The translations under genes and the position numbers were made by a program. 64,000 nucleotides of DNA from Eubacteriales bacterium. GTDB taxonomy: Bacteria > Bacillota > Clostridia > Oscillospirales > CAG-272. This document shows positions 18,224 through 27,952 of this stretch, piece by piece. Location: NCBI GenBank assembly GCA_045632345.1, contig JAZQWM010000009.1, positions 1,730 to 65,729 on the forward strand, in the 5' to 3' direction. Each line of letters opens with the position of its first letter. Position 1 is the first letter of the stretch. A model generated the notes under the pieces. That model did not search any database. It was given only the letters and a program-made list of their open reading frames with translations, and was not told the DNA's origin.

Positions 18224-18478
18224 ATGACAAAGCAGGAAATCATTGCTACTTACGCTACTCACGAGGGTGATACAGGTTCACCAGAAGTACAAATCGCACT
18301 TCTTACAAGCCGTATCAACAACCTTAACGAGCATCTTAAGGTTAACAAGAATGACCACCACAGCCGTAGAGGTCTTCTCAAGATGGTTGGTCATAGAAGA
18401 AACCTCCTTGCTTACCTTGCAAAGGTAGACATCGAGCGTTACCGTGCTATCATCGACAAGCTCGGTCTTAGAAAGTAA
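18224..18478 (+). CDS. rpsO: 30S ribosomal protein S15
   Basis: 84 aa. [45 protein letters not shown]. Confidence 0.97.
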   Translation: MTKQEIIATYATHEGDTGSPEVQIALLTSRINNLNEHLKVNKNDHHSRRGLLKMVGHRRNLLAYLAKVDIERYRAIIDKLGLRK

Positions 18479-18508
18479 TAAAACTGTGCGCACCTTGGTG
18501 CGTAGGCT

Positions 18509-18543
18509 TAGCTGTGCAAATATTTGCACAGCTAAAGTTTTGT
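18509..18543 (+). terminator. Hairpin after rpsO (terminator or attenuator; weak U-run)
   Basis: 12-bp stem tagctgtgcaaa / tttgcacagcta, then aagttttgtt. Confidence 0.5.
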
Positions 18544-18680
18544 TATGAGTAGCTTAGCATAAATTACGGAGCTAGCCGTCTGTAATTTATTAAGTATCGG
18601 CTAAATTTTGTTCAAAAGAAATGCGTGATGAGATAGCAGTTAACCAAACGCCAAAGGCATTTGGCTTAGGGTACAGAATA

Positions 18681-18744
18681 TAGAGGATAGGATATAGGGC
18701 GATAGCTAACTGCTGACCGCTAACCACTAGCCACTGACCACTAC
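18681..18744 (+). repeat. Degenerate heptanucleotide-periodic tract in the pnp leader
   Basis: tagagga taggata tagggcga tagctaa ctgctga ccgctaa ccactag ccactga ccactac. Confidence 0.8.
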
Positions 18745-18819
18745 TTTTGACTTTTGGTTAAATGCTATGTCCTCTCACGCGAAAGTAAAATTAAGATTTA
18801 TAAAACGGAGGAAAACAAA

Positions 18820-20931
18820 ATGGCAAAAATGTTCTCAGAAAAGGTTTTTGACAACTATAAGACCTTTGAGTATGAGCTTGCAGGCCGTAAGCTTATCGTT
18901 GAAAACGGTAAGATGGCAGGTCTTGCAAACGGTAGCGTATTAGTTCGCTACGGTGAAACTGTTATTCTTGCTTGTGCTACTGCATCAGCAGCACCAAGAG
19001 ACGGTATTGACTTCTTACCTCTTTCAGTTGACTACGAGGAAAGAATGTACGCAGTTGGTAAAATCCCAGGCGGTTATTTAAAGAGAGAGGGTAAGCCATC
19101 TGAAAAGGCTGTACTTACATCCCGTGTTATTGACCGTCCAATTAGACCTTTATTCCCTAAGGATTTAAGAAATGACGTTAACCTTTCATTAACAGTTCTT
19201 TCAGTTGACCCAGATTGCTCACCTGAAATTACAGCTATGATTGGTGCTTCTATTGCTTTATCTATCTCAGATATTCCATGGAACGGCCCTATCGGTGGCT
19301 TATTCGTTGGTATGGTTGACGGTAAGATTATCCTTAACCCAACACTTGAGCAAAGAAAAGAAAGCATTCTTGAATTAACTGTTGCTGCTTCTGAAAAGAA
19401 GGTAGTAATGATTGAGGCAGGCGCTAAGGAAGTATCAGATGATGATATGTTCAACGCTATTATGCTTGCTCATGAAGAAATCAAGAAGCTTGTTAAGTTT
19501 ATTAATGAGATTGTAGCTGAAATCGGTAAGCCAAAGTTTGCTTATCCATCATGTGAGCTTGACCACGATATGTTTGACGAAATCTTCGCATTCTGCGAAA
19601 AGGACGTTATGGAAGCTCTTGATACAGACGATAAGACTGTTCGTGATGCTAAGATGCAACCAATTATGGAAAGCATCGTTGCTACGTTTGAAGAAAAGTA
19701 CGAGGACATCAAGACAATTCTTCCAGAGCTTATCTACAAGATTCAAAAGAAGATTGTTCGTAGATGGTTACTTAACGACAAGAAGCGTGTTGACGGTCGT
19801 GGTATGAATGATATCCGTCCATTAACTGCTGAGGTTGGTATGTTTAAGAGAGTTCACGGTAGCGGTATGTTCACACGTGGACAAACTCAGGTTATGACTC
19901 TTGCAACACTTGGTCCTATCTCTGAGTGCCAAATGCTTGACGGTATTGACGAAGAAACTGAAAAGAGATATATGCACCACTACAACATGCCTGGCTATTC
20001 AACAGGCGAAGCTAAGGCTTCCCGTACTCCTGGCAGACGTGAAATCGGACATGGTGCGCTTGCTGAGCGTTCACTTGTTCCTGTTCTTCCATCAGTTGAG
20101 GAATTCCCATATGCAATCAGACTTGTATCTGAGGTTATCTCTTCAAACGGTTCTACATCACAGGCTTCCGTATGTGGCTCTACACTTGCTCTTATGGACG
20201 CCGGTGTTCCAATTAAGGCTCCTGTTGCAGGTATTTCTTGCGGTCTTATCACAGCTGAGGACGGCTCATGGGATACAATGATCGACATTCAAGGTCTTGA
20301 GGACTTCTATGGCGATATGGACTTCAAGGTAGCAGGTACACATAAGGGTATTACTTCTATCCAAATGGACTTAAAGATTGACGGTCTTACACCAGAAATT
20401 ATTAAGAAGGCATTTGAGCAAACACACGCAGGCCGTGATCAAATCATTGATGAGGTTATCTTAAAGGCTATTCCAGCTCCAAGAAGCGAGGTTTCCGACT
20501 TTGCTCCTAAGATGATTTCAATGAAGATTAAGCCTGACAAGATTCGTGAGGTTATCGGCTCCGGCGGAAAGGTAATCCAAAAGATTGTTGCTGATACAGG
20601 CGCTAAGATTGACATTGAGGACGATGGAAGCATCTTCATCTCTGCAGTTGATAAGAATGCTATTGAAGCTGCAAGAGAAATTATTGCAGGTATCGTATTT
20701 GAGCCAGAGGTTGGCGCAATTTACAATGCTAAGGTAACAAGAATCATTCCTATCGGCGCATTCGTTGAGTATGCTCCTGGCAGAGAAGGTCTTGTTCACA
20801 TCTCCAAGCTTGCAAAGGAAAGAACCGAAAAGGTTGAGGACGTTTGCAAGGAAGGCGATGAGTTCCCAGTTAAGTTCTTAGGAATTGACGAAAAGGGACG
20901 CGCAAATCTTTCAAGAAAAGACGCGCTTTAA
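18820..20931 (+). CDS. pnp: Polyribonucleotide nucleotidyltransferase (PNPase)
   Basis: The ORF runs from 18754. I moved the start to ATG 18820 (ggaggaaaacaaaATG). Two RNase PH domains, KH (GSGGKVIQKI) and a C-terminal S1 domain. Confidence 0.96.
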   Translation: MAKMFSEKVFDNYKTFEYELAGRKLIVENGKMAGLANGSVLVRYGETVILACATASAAPRDGIDFLPLSVDYEERMYAVGKIPGGYLKREGKPSEKAVLTSRVIDRPIRPLFPKDLRNDVNLSLTVLSVDPDCSPEITAMIGASIALSISDIPWNGPIGGLFVGMVDGKIILNPTLEQRKESILELTVAASEKKVVMIEAGAKEVSDDDMFNAIMLAHEEIKKLVKFINEIVAEIGKPKFAYPSCELDHDMFDEIFAFCEKDVMEALDTDDKTVRDAKMQPIMESIVATFEEKYEDIKTILPELIYKIQKKIVRRWLLNDKKRVDGRGMNDIRPLTAEVGMFKRVHGSGMFTRGQTQVMTLATLGPISECQMLDGIDEETEKRYMHHYNMPGYSTGEAKASRTPGRREIGHGALAERSLVPVLPSVEEFPYAIRLVSEVISSNGSTSQASVCGSTLALMDAGVPIKAPVAGISCGLITAEDGSWDTMIDIQGLEDFYGDMDFKVAGTHKGITSIQMDLKIDGLTPEIIKKAFEQTHAGRDQIIDEVILKAIPAPRSEVSDFAPKMISMKIKPDKIREVIGSGGKVIQKIVADTGAKIDIEDDGSIFISAVDKNAIEAAREIIAGIVFEPEVGAIYNAKVTRIIPIGAFVEYAPGREGLVHISKLAKERTEKVEDVCKEGDEFPVKFLGIDEKGRANLSRKDAL

Positions 20932-21017
20932 TAAAAAATATAAGGGGCAGTTGCGTTAAGCAAAAGCCCCTTTTTTTGAATGGGGATAGTGAAATGAGTG
21001 CAGAAGACGCGCTTTAA
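20918..21017 (+). repeat. 14-nt direct repeat AAGACGCGCTTTAA (pnp stop region and a second copy 86 bp downstream)
   Basis: Copies at 20918-20931 and 21004-21017; both read ...D A L stop. Confidence 0.85.
20942..20978 (+). terminator. Terminator after pnp
   Basis: ggggc...gcccc stem followed by TTTTTTT. Confidence 0.75.
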
Positions 21018-21074
21018 CACGGAGCGTAGGCGTACTTGCGTACGGTAGAGCCGTGTTCGCGTCTAAAAAACATA

Positions 21075-21112
21075 CATAAAAATGAAGAGAACTTGCTAAA
21101 ATGCAAGTTCTC
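21075..21112 (-). terminator. Terminator about 135 nt after the S1-domain gene
   Basis: gagaacttgc-taaaat-gcaagttctc, with ttcattttt on the minus strand. Confidence 0.7.
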
Positions 21113-21247
21113 AACATTAAAAAATATTTTGATATACAAATAGAGCTTTTTTATGAGATATGTGTCTGTTTTTGGTCTGTGCTTATTACGAGCCTGCGAG
21201 TAACAAGGTTCTGCGCAGCAGGTTCTTATTGCAACATCCCCTTTTTG

Positions 21248-22183
21248 TTAGAATACGGTTTCAACTATTTTCGAGGACTGCTCGGGGGAGTATTTCCAAT
21301 AGTCCATGTGGGTTACGGTATTTGTGTTAATATAGTAATCCTCATCGGTTATTTTTTTGGTGGCGGTATCGTAGGTATCTATGATTACAAGCTTGATTTT
21401 CATTTTATCGGGGATAATGCTTTTGATGTACACGGCGCAGCTTTGACCGACGTATGCGCCATCATAAAGCTCGGCTAAGCCTGCAAGGTTTGGGGTTAGC
21501 TCCACGAATATGCCGTAGTCCTCAATACTTCGTATTATGCCTGAGACGGTTTGACCTACGCTGAAGCTTGATATATTCTCTTCCCACGTACCGAAAAGCT
21601 CCTTGGTGGAAACGCTGAGTCTTCCGCTTTCGTAATCTATATCCTTGACGATTACCTTTATTTCCTCGCGTAAGGAAAATCTTTCGCTAGGATTGGATAT
21701 GCGTGAAATTGAAATACTATCAATGCTGAGAAGTGATGCAACTCCGCAGCCTACGTCAACAAATGCGCCGAATTGCTCAAAATGAGTGATTTTGGCAGGG
21801 ATAATATCTCCTAAGGTTAAATCCATCAAATAGTTGGCTACGCACTCTCTTTGGGCTTCCCTACGTGATAGGATTGCTATCGGCTTTTCGTTTTCTTTTT
21901 TAACGATGTCAATTACCTTAAAGGATACGGGCTTACCAACTCGCGTTATGATGGCAATGTCCTTTATTTTATCGCAATATACGCTTTCATTTTTTGGAAT
22001 TATACCCTTTACGCCGTACAGGTCAACGTGCAAATCAAGAGTTGCACTATCGCACATTGTAACCACGCCCTCAAGAATTTTCCCTTCCCTTTTAGCGTTT
22101 TCTAATCCCTTTAAAGAGGATAGGTATTCCCTGTTTTCCATGGTGCCGTATAGATAGCCCTCGGGAAGATATTTATTTTGCAT
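21248..22183 (-). CDS. S1 RNA-binding domain protein (multiple S1 repeats)
   Basis: 311 aa. Repeated S1-like G.I..G.V..I..FGAFV / YGIFVEL segments. Confidence 0.75.
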   Translation of the reverse strand: MQNKYLPEGYLYGTMENREYLSSLKGLENAKREGKILEGVVTMCDSATLDLHVDLYGVKGIIPKNESVYCDKIKDIAIITRVGKPVSFKVIDIVKKENEKPIAILSRREAQRECVANYLMDLTLGDIIPAKITHFEQFGAFVDVGCGVASLLSIDSISISRISNPSERFSLREEIKVIVKDIDYESGRLSVSTKELFGTWEENISSFSVGQTVSGIIRSIEDYGIFVELTPNLAGLAELYDGAYVGQSCAVYIKSIIPDKMKIKLVIIDTYDTATKKITDEDYYINTNTVTHMDYWKYSPEQSSKIVETVF

Positions 22184-24773
22184 TTACTTTGCCTCCGTTA
22201 TACTTTTTTAGTTTGCTTTTGAATTTTGCTCTTTTGATAAGTAGCTTTCTTATAAAGTCGAATATTACAACAGTGAAGGAAATGGAAATTATGCTGAAAA
22301 GGTCGGAAAAATAAAGAGGAGTAGCTCTGAATAGGTCTCCGCCGAAATAAATAAAGGAAATTTGCATAAGGGAAATTAGTAGCATGATCAGGATAAATGA
22401 TTTGTTTTCACTTATGCCGCTTAATATATTCATTCTTTCCGTTCTTGATATAAAGCATACAAAAACTCCCATAAATATAAATGCGCCGAAAAATGCGCTT
22501 AGAATATATTTATCGTCGCCGCGTCTTAAAATCATAGGGAGAGTGTCGCTCTTTAAAAACCAAATACATAATACAAGAATATATAAGCCTCTTGTTACAA
22601 CGGATTTAAGCATTGATTTTGAGAGAATTTTTTCGTCCCTTGGCTTTGGTGCTTCATGCATATATTCGTTCCTTGACGGCTCGTTAGCAAACGCTAAAGC
22701 GCCTAACGTATCCATAATTATATTTACCCAGAGCATTTGGGTTATGGTTACAGGGTTATCAACGCCGATAAATGGGCCTATAAGGGATATGCCCACAGCA
22801 CCTAGATTCATTGTTAACTGAAAAACTATAAATTTTCGTATTGAATGAAAAATTGTTCTGCCGTATAAAATTGATTTTACTATTGACACGAAGTTATTAT
22901 CGTTTATTATAATATCGCCAGCCTCTTTTGCAATATCCGTTCCGCTGCCCATTGCAAAGCCTACGTCGGCAATTTTAAGTGAGGGCGCGTCGTTTATTCC
23001 ATCTCCCGTCATACCTACCACATATCCGTATTTTTGTGATATTTTAACTAGTCGGCTCTTATCGGACGGCAACGCTCTTGCAATTACAGCCACATTTGGA
23101 AGAACCTTCATTATTTCCTCATCGGTCATATTAGATAGCTGCGTACCTGTTAATGCTATGCTTCTGCCCGTTTGCTTTGATATTATGCCGCATTCTGTGG
23201 CTATTGCGCATGCGGTATCTATGTTATCTCCTGTTATCATAATAACGCCTACTCCTGCGCCTGTTACCTGTTTAATGGCGTTTGGTACGTCCTTGCGGAT
23301 TTTATCTCTTATGGCTAAGAAGCCTACAAATGTTATTTTGTCGCATGAGGTGTCGCTAATTCCTAATTTTATGCCAAGAGCAACTACGCGATAGGTTTCG
23401 CCGGCTAATGCTTTCAGCTTTGATTGAAGCTTTGCTTTATCTAAGTCTGTTATTTCTGTTACTATACCGTTTGATTTTATTATTTGAGTTGCGTTATTTA
23501 TTATTTTCTCAGGCGCACCCTTAAAGAGCGTGTATGTATTATTTTCATGCTCTATAACTGCTACGCTATATTTTTTTGTGCTGTCAAAATGAATTTTTTC
23601 CTTTATTTCAGCTTCCTTTTTTGTTTTAATAAAATAATCTAAAATTGCTCTGTCGGTGGCATCTGAGCCTATTGATTTTTTGCCGTTATATGAAGCGTCA
23701 TTACAGTAATTTGCACACAGGGTTATATATTTTTCTAAAATCGGCACGGATTTTAAATCATTTAATCCTGTGTATTTGTTATCGATTGTATGTATTTCCT
23801 TTACCTTAAGCTTTCCCTCGGTTAACGTTCCTGTTTTATCAGTAAATAGCAGGTTAACGTTTCCTGCCGTTTCAATTCCTACCATTTTTCGTACCAGCAC
23901 GTTATCCTTTATCATTTTTTTCATATTAGAGGAAAGTACCACCGTTATCATCATAGGAAGTCCCTCGGGTACTGCCACTACAACTATTGAAATTGCAAGA
24001 GTCAACGCATTTATAAGATGAGAAAATAAAAACCGTACGTCCTTAATTTTTAGAAGCACGTCGCTCCATATCATATGGCTATCAATTATAAAGACGTTTA
24101 TAAGATATGCTAGAGCAATTAGACCTGCAAATACGTAACCGATTTTACTTATGGCTTTTGCAAGCTCTGTTAAGCGGTGCTTTAATGGGCTAGGGCGTGT
24201 ATCTACGCTTAAATCCTTTGCTACCTTGCCGTAATATGTGTTTTCTCCAACGGAAGCTACGCCCACGGTGCATTTTCCTTGGCATACTATGCTTCCCTTT
24301 AAAACCGTGTCATTTACACTTTTTGATATTTCTTGGCTTTCTCCTGTCAATGCAGATTCATCTACTGTTATTTTTCCGTCTAATATTATTCCGTCTGCAC
24401 AAATCATTTCTCCTGCGTTTAAAATTAATACGTCGTTTACAACCACGTCGTCGGTTAAAATTTCTGTTTCCACGTTGTTTCGCACTGCTATACATTTTGT
24501 ATTTTTGCTTTTTTCCTTTAGCTTTTCAAACGCATTTTCGCTACTGTATTCCGATACGGTTGACACTAGCGTGGCTATCAAGACAGAGGCTGCTATGCCG
24601 CCGCTTTCAAACCAATTTACGTTGGGAAACATGAAAATTATATTTATAAAAAGCGCTATTATAAGCACCTTGATTATTGGGTCTGTGAGATTTAATATAA
24701 AGCATTTAAGAAATGATTTTCTTTTATATTCATTAAGTATATTTGCGCCGTGCTTTTCTCTTGATGCTTGCAC
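22173..24773 (-). CDS. P-type cation-transporting ATPase (Ca2+-ATPase-like, P2 type)
   Basis: 866 aa. DKTGTLT, TGDN, GDGINDAPSL, about 10 TM helices. GTG start; overlaps the S1-protein gene by 11 nt. Confidence 0.92.
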   Translation of the reverse strand: MQASREKHGANILNEYKRKSFLKCFILNLTDPIIKVLIIALFINIIFMFPNVNWFESGGIAASVLIATLVSTVSEYSSENAFEKLKEKSKNTKCIAVRNNVETEILTDDVVVNDVLILNAGEMICADGIILDGKITVDESALTGESQEISKSVNDTVLKGSIVCQGKCTVGVASVGENTYYGKVAKDLSVDTRPSPLKHRLTELAKAISKIGYVFAGLIALAYLINVFIIDSHMIWSDVLLKIKDVRFLFSHLINALTLAISIVVVAVPEGLPMMITVVLSSNMKKMIKDNVLVRKMVGIETAGNVNLLFTDKTGTLTEGKLKVKEIHTIDNKYTGLNDLKSVPILEKYITLCANYCNDASYNGKKSIGSDATDRAILDYFIKTKKEAEIKEKIHFDSTKKYSVAVIEHENNTYTLFKGAPEKIINNATQIIKSNGIVTEITDLDKAKLQSKLKALAGETYRVVALGIKLGISDTSCDKITFVGFLAIRDKIRKDVPNAIKQVTGAGVGVIMITGDNIDTACAIATECGIISKQTGRSIALTGTQLSNMTDEEIMKVLPNVAVIARALPSDKSRLVKISQKYGYVVGMTGDGINDAPSLKIADVGFAMGSGTDIAKEAGDIIINDNNFVSIVKSILYGRTIFHSIRKFIVFQLTMNLGAVGISLIGPFIGVDNPVTITQMLWVNIIMDTLGALAFANEPSRNEYMHEAPKPRDEKILSKSMLKSVVTRGLYILVLCIWFLKSDTLPMILRRGDDKYILSAFFGAFIFMGVFVCFISRTERMNILSGISENKSFILIMLLISLMQISFIYFGGDLFRATPLYFSDLFSIISISFTVVIFDFIRKLLIKRAKFKSKLKKYNGGKVNAK

Positions 24774-24856
24774 CTCTTCGCTTGTTAGTCCTCTTTTTTC
24801 TATATTATCACTTCCCTTCTACATTATATTTATTCGGTAGTTTTTTATTTATTACA

Positions 24857-24891
24857 TAAAAAAATAACCGCTTATAAAAAGCGGTTATTTT
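24857..24891 (-). terminator. Terminator after the 585-aa LRR gene
   Basis: aataaccgc / gcggttatt stem, with a U-run on the minus strand. Confidence 0.75.
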
Positions 24892-24904
24892 ATGTTGAAT
24901 GTAA

Positions 24905-26662
24905 TTATGCTGCTTGCCCTTCAATCTGAGCAAAGGTTAGCGTTTGTGGTGCTTTATCGCAATAGTCCTTAGCATCAGCACTTCCTACGTAGTAAAATTC
25001 GCCGTCATATACGTATGTGCACATTACAAGATTTAATGCTTTAAGGTTAATCTTGTCGCCTTCTTCATATGTCTTAAAGCCTGAGAGCTTAAAGTCAACG
25101 CCTGCGTATGTACTATCAACGCCAGCAATTACAGTATTATTAAGATTAGATGTTACTACACCCTCGTTATATGATAAAGCTAACGCTTCGCCTTCGTCGA
25201 TAATTGTTGCAACAACGCCGTATGCAATTGTTTTGTTGTTCGCTTTATTGTATTCATCAATTGCTACTAGGTTAAATGCATATCCTACGCAAAGCTCTGT
25301 ATTATCCTTATTTGTTGAGTAGCCTACAAATTCAAATAATGCTGCGGCTTCAAGAACGTCATCCTTGGAGCAGCCGTCATTTGTACAATATACGTGCTTT
25401 TCGCCCACTAAAACGTATGAAGTATATGAAATTTCAGTTGTTAAAGCGTGAACTGGGTTTTCAAGAGGCTTTACGTCCTCACATACTGAGCATTTTTCTA
25501 CACATGGGTTAGCTACGTAGTTATGGACTCCCTTATAGAATGCATCGCACTCGCTGTAATTATAAACGATAATGTTTTTGCCAAGTGACTCGGCATAGCC
25601 CTCATAGTTGATTGTTGGGTCGTATGCCATAAGCTCTGCTTTTGCAATTGTATCATTTGCCGTTGCTGCAATAAATTTATCCTGGGATGCCTTAGCTTCA
25701 TTATAAGTACCAGTAAAGAAGAATGTTACGTTCTTGCCTTGACCGAAAATATTATAGAATCCCTTTGATCCGGTTAACACATTAGCAAAAGTGGATGGTA
25801 AGTATATGTACTTTATGCTTGTTGTATTTAAAAACGTTTCGTAGTCAGCATTTGGACTTGTAAACGTTGTGAAGGATGCTCCGAAGTTTACTGTTTCAAG
25901 CTTAGCGCAATCGCAAAATGCCATTTTGCCAACTGTTGTAACTGTGTTAGGCAAAATAACCTCTGTAAGCTCATCACAATTATAGAATGCTGTTTGACCA
26001 ATTGAAGTTACACCTTCAGGAATTGTAATTGACGTAATACCTGTACCGGTAAACATTTGAGTGTTAATAGAGGTTACCGCAACAGGCCAATCAATGTGAA
26101 TATTAAGCTTTGGGCAACCGTTAAAGCCCGCATTGTTAATTTGAGTCATATGAGAAATATCTGAGATATACTCAAGATTTTTGCAGTTTGAGAATGCATT
26201 TTGAGCATGGATTCTCTTCAAATGAGTACCCCAACGCGCTTCTACTATTGTTGGGAAGTTTTCAAACTTTGCGGTGTTATGGTTAATTTCCTCAACATAT
26301 GTAGGAATTTGAATTCTCACAAGGCATTCCTTAATGCTATTAAATGTAACGCCCTCAGCTGCCATTGCGGTTTTTAGAGTGTTATTAAATCCACTTGGAT
26401 TGTAATAGACACTCATATTTACTACATAGTATGCAGGGAACACATAATACTTGCTTCCGTCTGTTAATACAACTCTTGACTCTCTGTCTGTGGCGGTGTT
26501 GCTTTCGCCGTATGCCGCTATGTCAAGTGTTGAAACGAGGCTTGCATCACAATCAAGACCTGGGTCAGAATCGAGTGGAATGATAGCTGCGCTTGCAGAA
26601 ATTGCAAATACGCATATGAGCATAGCAACCATAAGTGCTATGATAAAAATTTTCTTTTTCAT
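24905..26662 (-). CDS. Secreted BspA-type leucine-rich-repeat protein with Cys module and shared C-terminal domain
   Basis: 585 aa. Signal peptide MKKKIFIIALMVAMLICVFAISASA. LRR_5-like repeats (AFSNCKNLEYI, TSITIPEGVTSIGQTAFYNCDELTEV). The C-terminus is homologous to the C-termini of the three genes at 50303, 53412 and 56442. Confidence 0.85.
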   Translation of the reverse strand: MKKKIFIIALMVAMLICVFAISASAAIIPLDSDPGLDCDASLVSTLDIAAYGESNTATDRESRVVLTDGSKYYVFPAYYVVNMSVYYNPSGFNNTLKTAMAAEGVTFNSIKECLVRIQIPTYVEEINHNTAKFENFPTIVEARWGTHLKRIHAQNAFSNCKNLEYISDISHMTQINNAGFNGCPKLNIHIDWPVAVTSINTQMFTGTGITSITIPEGVTSIGQTAFYNCDELTEVILPNTVTTVGKMAFCDCAKLETVNFGASFTTFTSPNADYETFLNTTSIKYIYLPSTFANVLTGSKGFYNIFGQGKNVTFFFTGTYNEAKASQDKFIAATANDTIAKAELMAYDPTINYEGYAESLGKNIIVYNYSECDAFYKGVHNYVANPCVEKCSVCEDVKPLENPVHALTTEISYTSYVLVGEKHVYCTNDGCSKDDVLEAAALFEFVGYSTNKDNTELCVGYAFNLVAIDEYNKANNKTIAYGVVATIIDEGEALALSYNEGVVTSNLNNTVIAGVDSTYAGVDFKLSGFKTYEEGDKINLKALNLVMCTYVYDGEFYYVGSADAKDYCDKAPQTLTFAQIEGQAA

Positions 26663-26698
26663 TGCTTTTCTCCTTAAAAAATATAATATTACATATAC

Positions 26699-26727
26699 AG
26701 TTTATCATATAATTTCGTATTTGTCAA
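26699..26727 (-). promoter_or_regulatory. Promoter of the 585-aa LRR protein gene
   Basis: Gene-sense TTGACA-17-TAAACT with TGa extended -10. Confidence 0.55.
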
Positions 26728-26758
26728 CAAAAAAGCACCGATTATCTCGGTGCTTTTT
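26728..26758 (-). terminator. Terminator after aroG (end of the aro operon)
   Basis: gcaccga-ttatc-tcggtgc flanked by A-runs and T-runs. Confidence 0.8.
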
Positions 26759-26765
26759 GTGTATT

Positions 26766-27794
26766 TTATCTTAAATCTGCTAAGTCGAGGATAAGTCTTT
26801 CTGTCTTTTCCCAGCCTAAGCATGGGTCGGTAATTGATTTACCGTAAATGCCTTCCTCAGCCTTTTGACATCCGTCCTCAATGTAGGACTCAATCATAAT
26901 ACCCTTTACTAAATTGAAAACATCGTTATTATGTCTTGTGCTATGGAGAATTTCCTTACAAATTCTTATCTGCTCTTCCCACTTTTTGCCTGAGTTTGCG
27001 TGGTTAGCGTCAACGATAACGCCTGGGTTTACCAAATTTGTTTTTGCATAACATTCGCAAAGATTGATTAAATCCTCATAGTGATAGTTAGGGAATGAAC
27101 GTCCGTATTTATCTACGTAGCCACGTAAAATAGCGTGCGTTAGAGGATTGCCCTTGCTTTGTACCTCCCAGCCTCTGTATATGAAAGCGTGAGGGTGTTG
27201 ACCTGCTGTAATTGAGTTCATCATTACAGAAATGTCGCCGCCTGTTGGGTTTTTCATGCCTACCGGAATGTCAAGTCCGCTTGCGGTAAGTCTGTGCTGT
27301 TGGTTTTCGGATGAACGCGCACCTACTGCAACGTATGATAAAAGGTCGGACATGTATCTATGATTTTCAGGGTAAAGCATTTCATCAGCACACGTGAAGC
27401 CTGTTTCCTCTACAGCCTTCATATGAAGCTTTCTGATTGCTATAAGTCCCTTAAGCATATCTGGGTTTTCGTTTGGATTTGGTTGGTGGAGCATGCCCTT
27501 ATAGCCGTCTCCTGTTGTTCTTGGTTTGTTGGTGTAAATTCTTGGGATGATAACAATTTTATCCTTTACCTTCTCTTGAACCGTACGAAGCCTTGAAATG
27601 TAATCAAGCACTGCGTCCTCACGGTCTGCCGAGCATGGGCCTATAACTAAAACGAGCTTTTTGCTTTCGCCTGTAAAGACAGCTTGAATCTCCTTATCAT
27701 TTTCTTCCTTTACCCTTGCCATTTCATCGGAAATTGGATACATTTCTTTAACTTCCTTTGGCGTGGGTAGTTTTCTTTTGAAGTCCATATTCAT
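26766..27794 (-). CDS. aroG: 3-deoxy-7-phosphoheptulonate (DAHP) synthase, AroG/F/H type
   Basis: 342 aa. LVLVIGPCSADREDAVLDY, KPRTTGDGYKGM, YGKSITDPCLGWE, colinear with E. coli AroG from memory. Confidence 0.9.
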   Translation of the reverse strand: MNMDFKRKLPTPKEVKEMYPISDEMARVKEENDKEIQAVFTGESKKLVLVIGPCSADREDAVLDYISRLRTVQEKVKDKIVIIPRIYTNKPRTTGDGYKGMLHQPNPNENPDMLKGLIAIRKLHMKAVEETGFTCADEMLYPENHRYMSDLLSYVAVGARSSENQQHRLTASGLDIPVGMKNPTGGDISVMMNSITAGQHPHAFIYRGWEVQSKGNPLTHAILRGYVDKYGRSFPNYHYEDLINLCECYAKTNLVNPGVIVDANHANSGKKWEEQIRICKEILHSTRHNNDVFNLVKGIMIESYIEDGCQKAEEGIYGKSITDPCLGWEKTERLILDLADLR

Positions 27795-27952
27795 AGCTTC
27801 ATTTCTCCTTTCTTGCCACCCGGCGATTATTTTTATAAAAGAGGCTACGGCGTTTTGTCGAAAGTCTCAGTATTTCCTTTATTTTTCCTTGATATCGTTT
27901 TCTATTGAGGTCTAAATACATAGAACCACATCAAGAAATTTCACGTCATTTT

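Noticed and set aside
18681-18705. HutP binding site (UAG-N4-UAG-N4-UAG)
   Set aside because: The spacing matches the HutP site I remember, but there are no hut genes or hutP here and the context is the pnp leader. I kept it only as a generic periodic-RNA observation.
21101-21478. 125-aa plus-strand ORF
   Set aside because: Two thirds of it is antisense to the S1-domain gene. The rest covers that gene's 3' UTR and terminator. It has no RBS.
27795-27952. T-box or amino-acid attenuator in the aroA-aroG gap
   Set aside because: It is too short for a T-box. There is no specifier-loop or terminator-antiterminator pair, and no conserved T-box sequence beyond a chance gggtgg.
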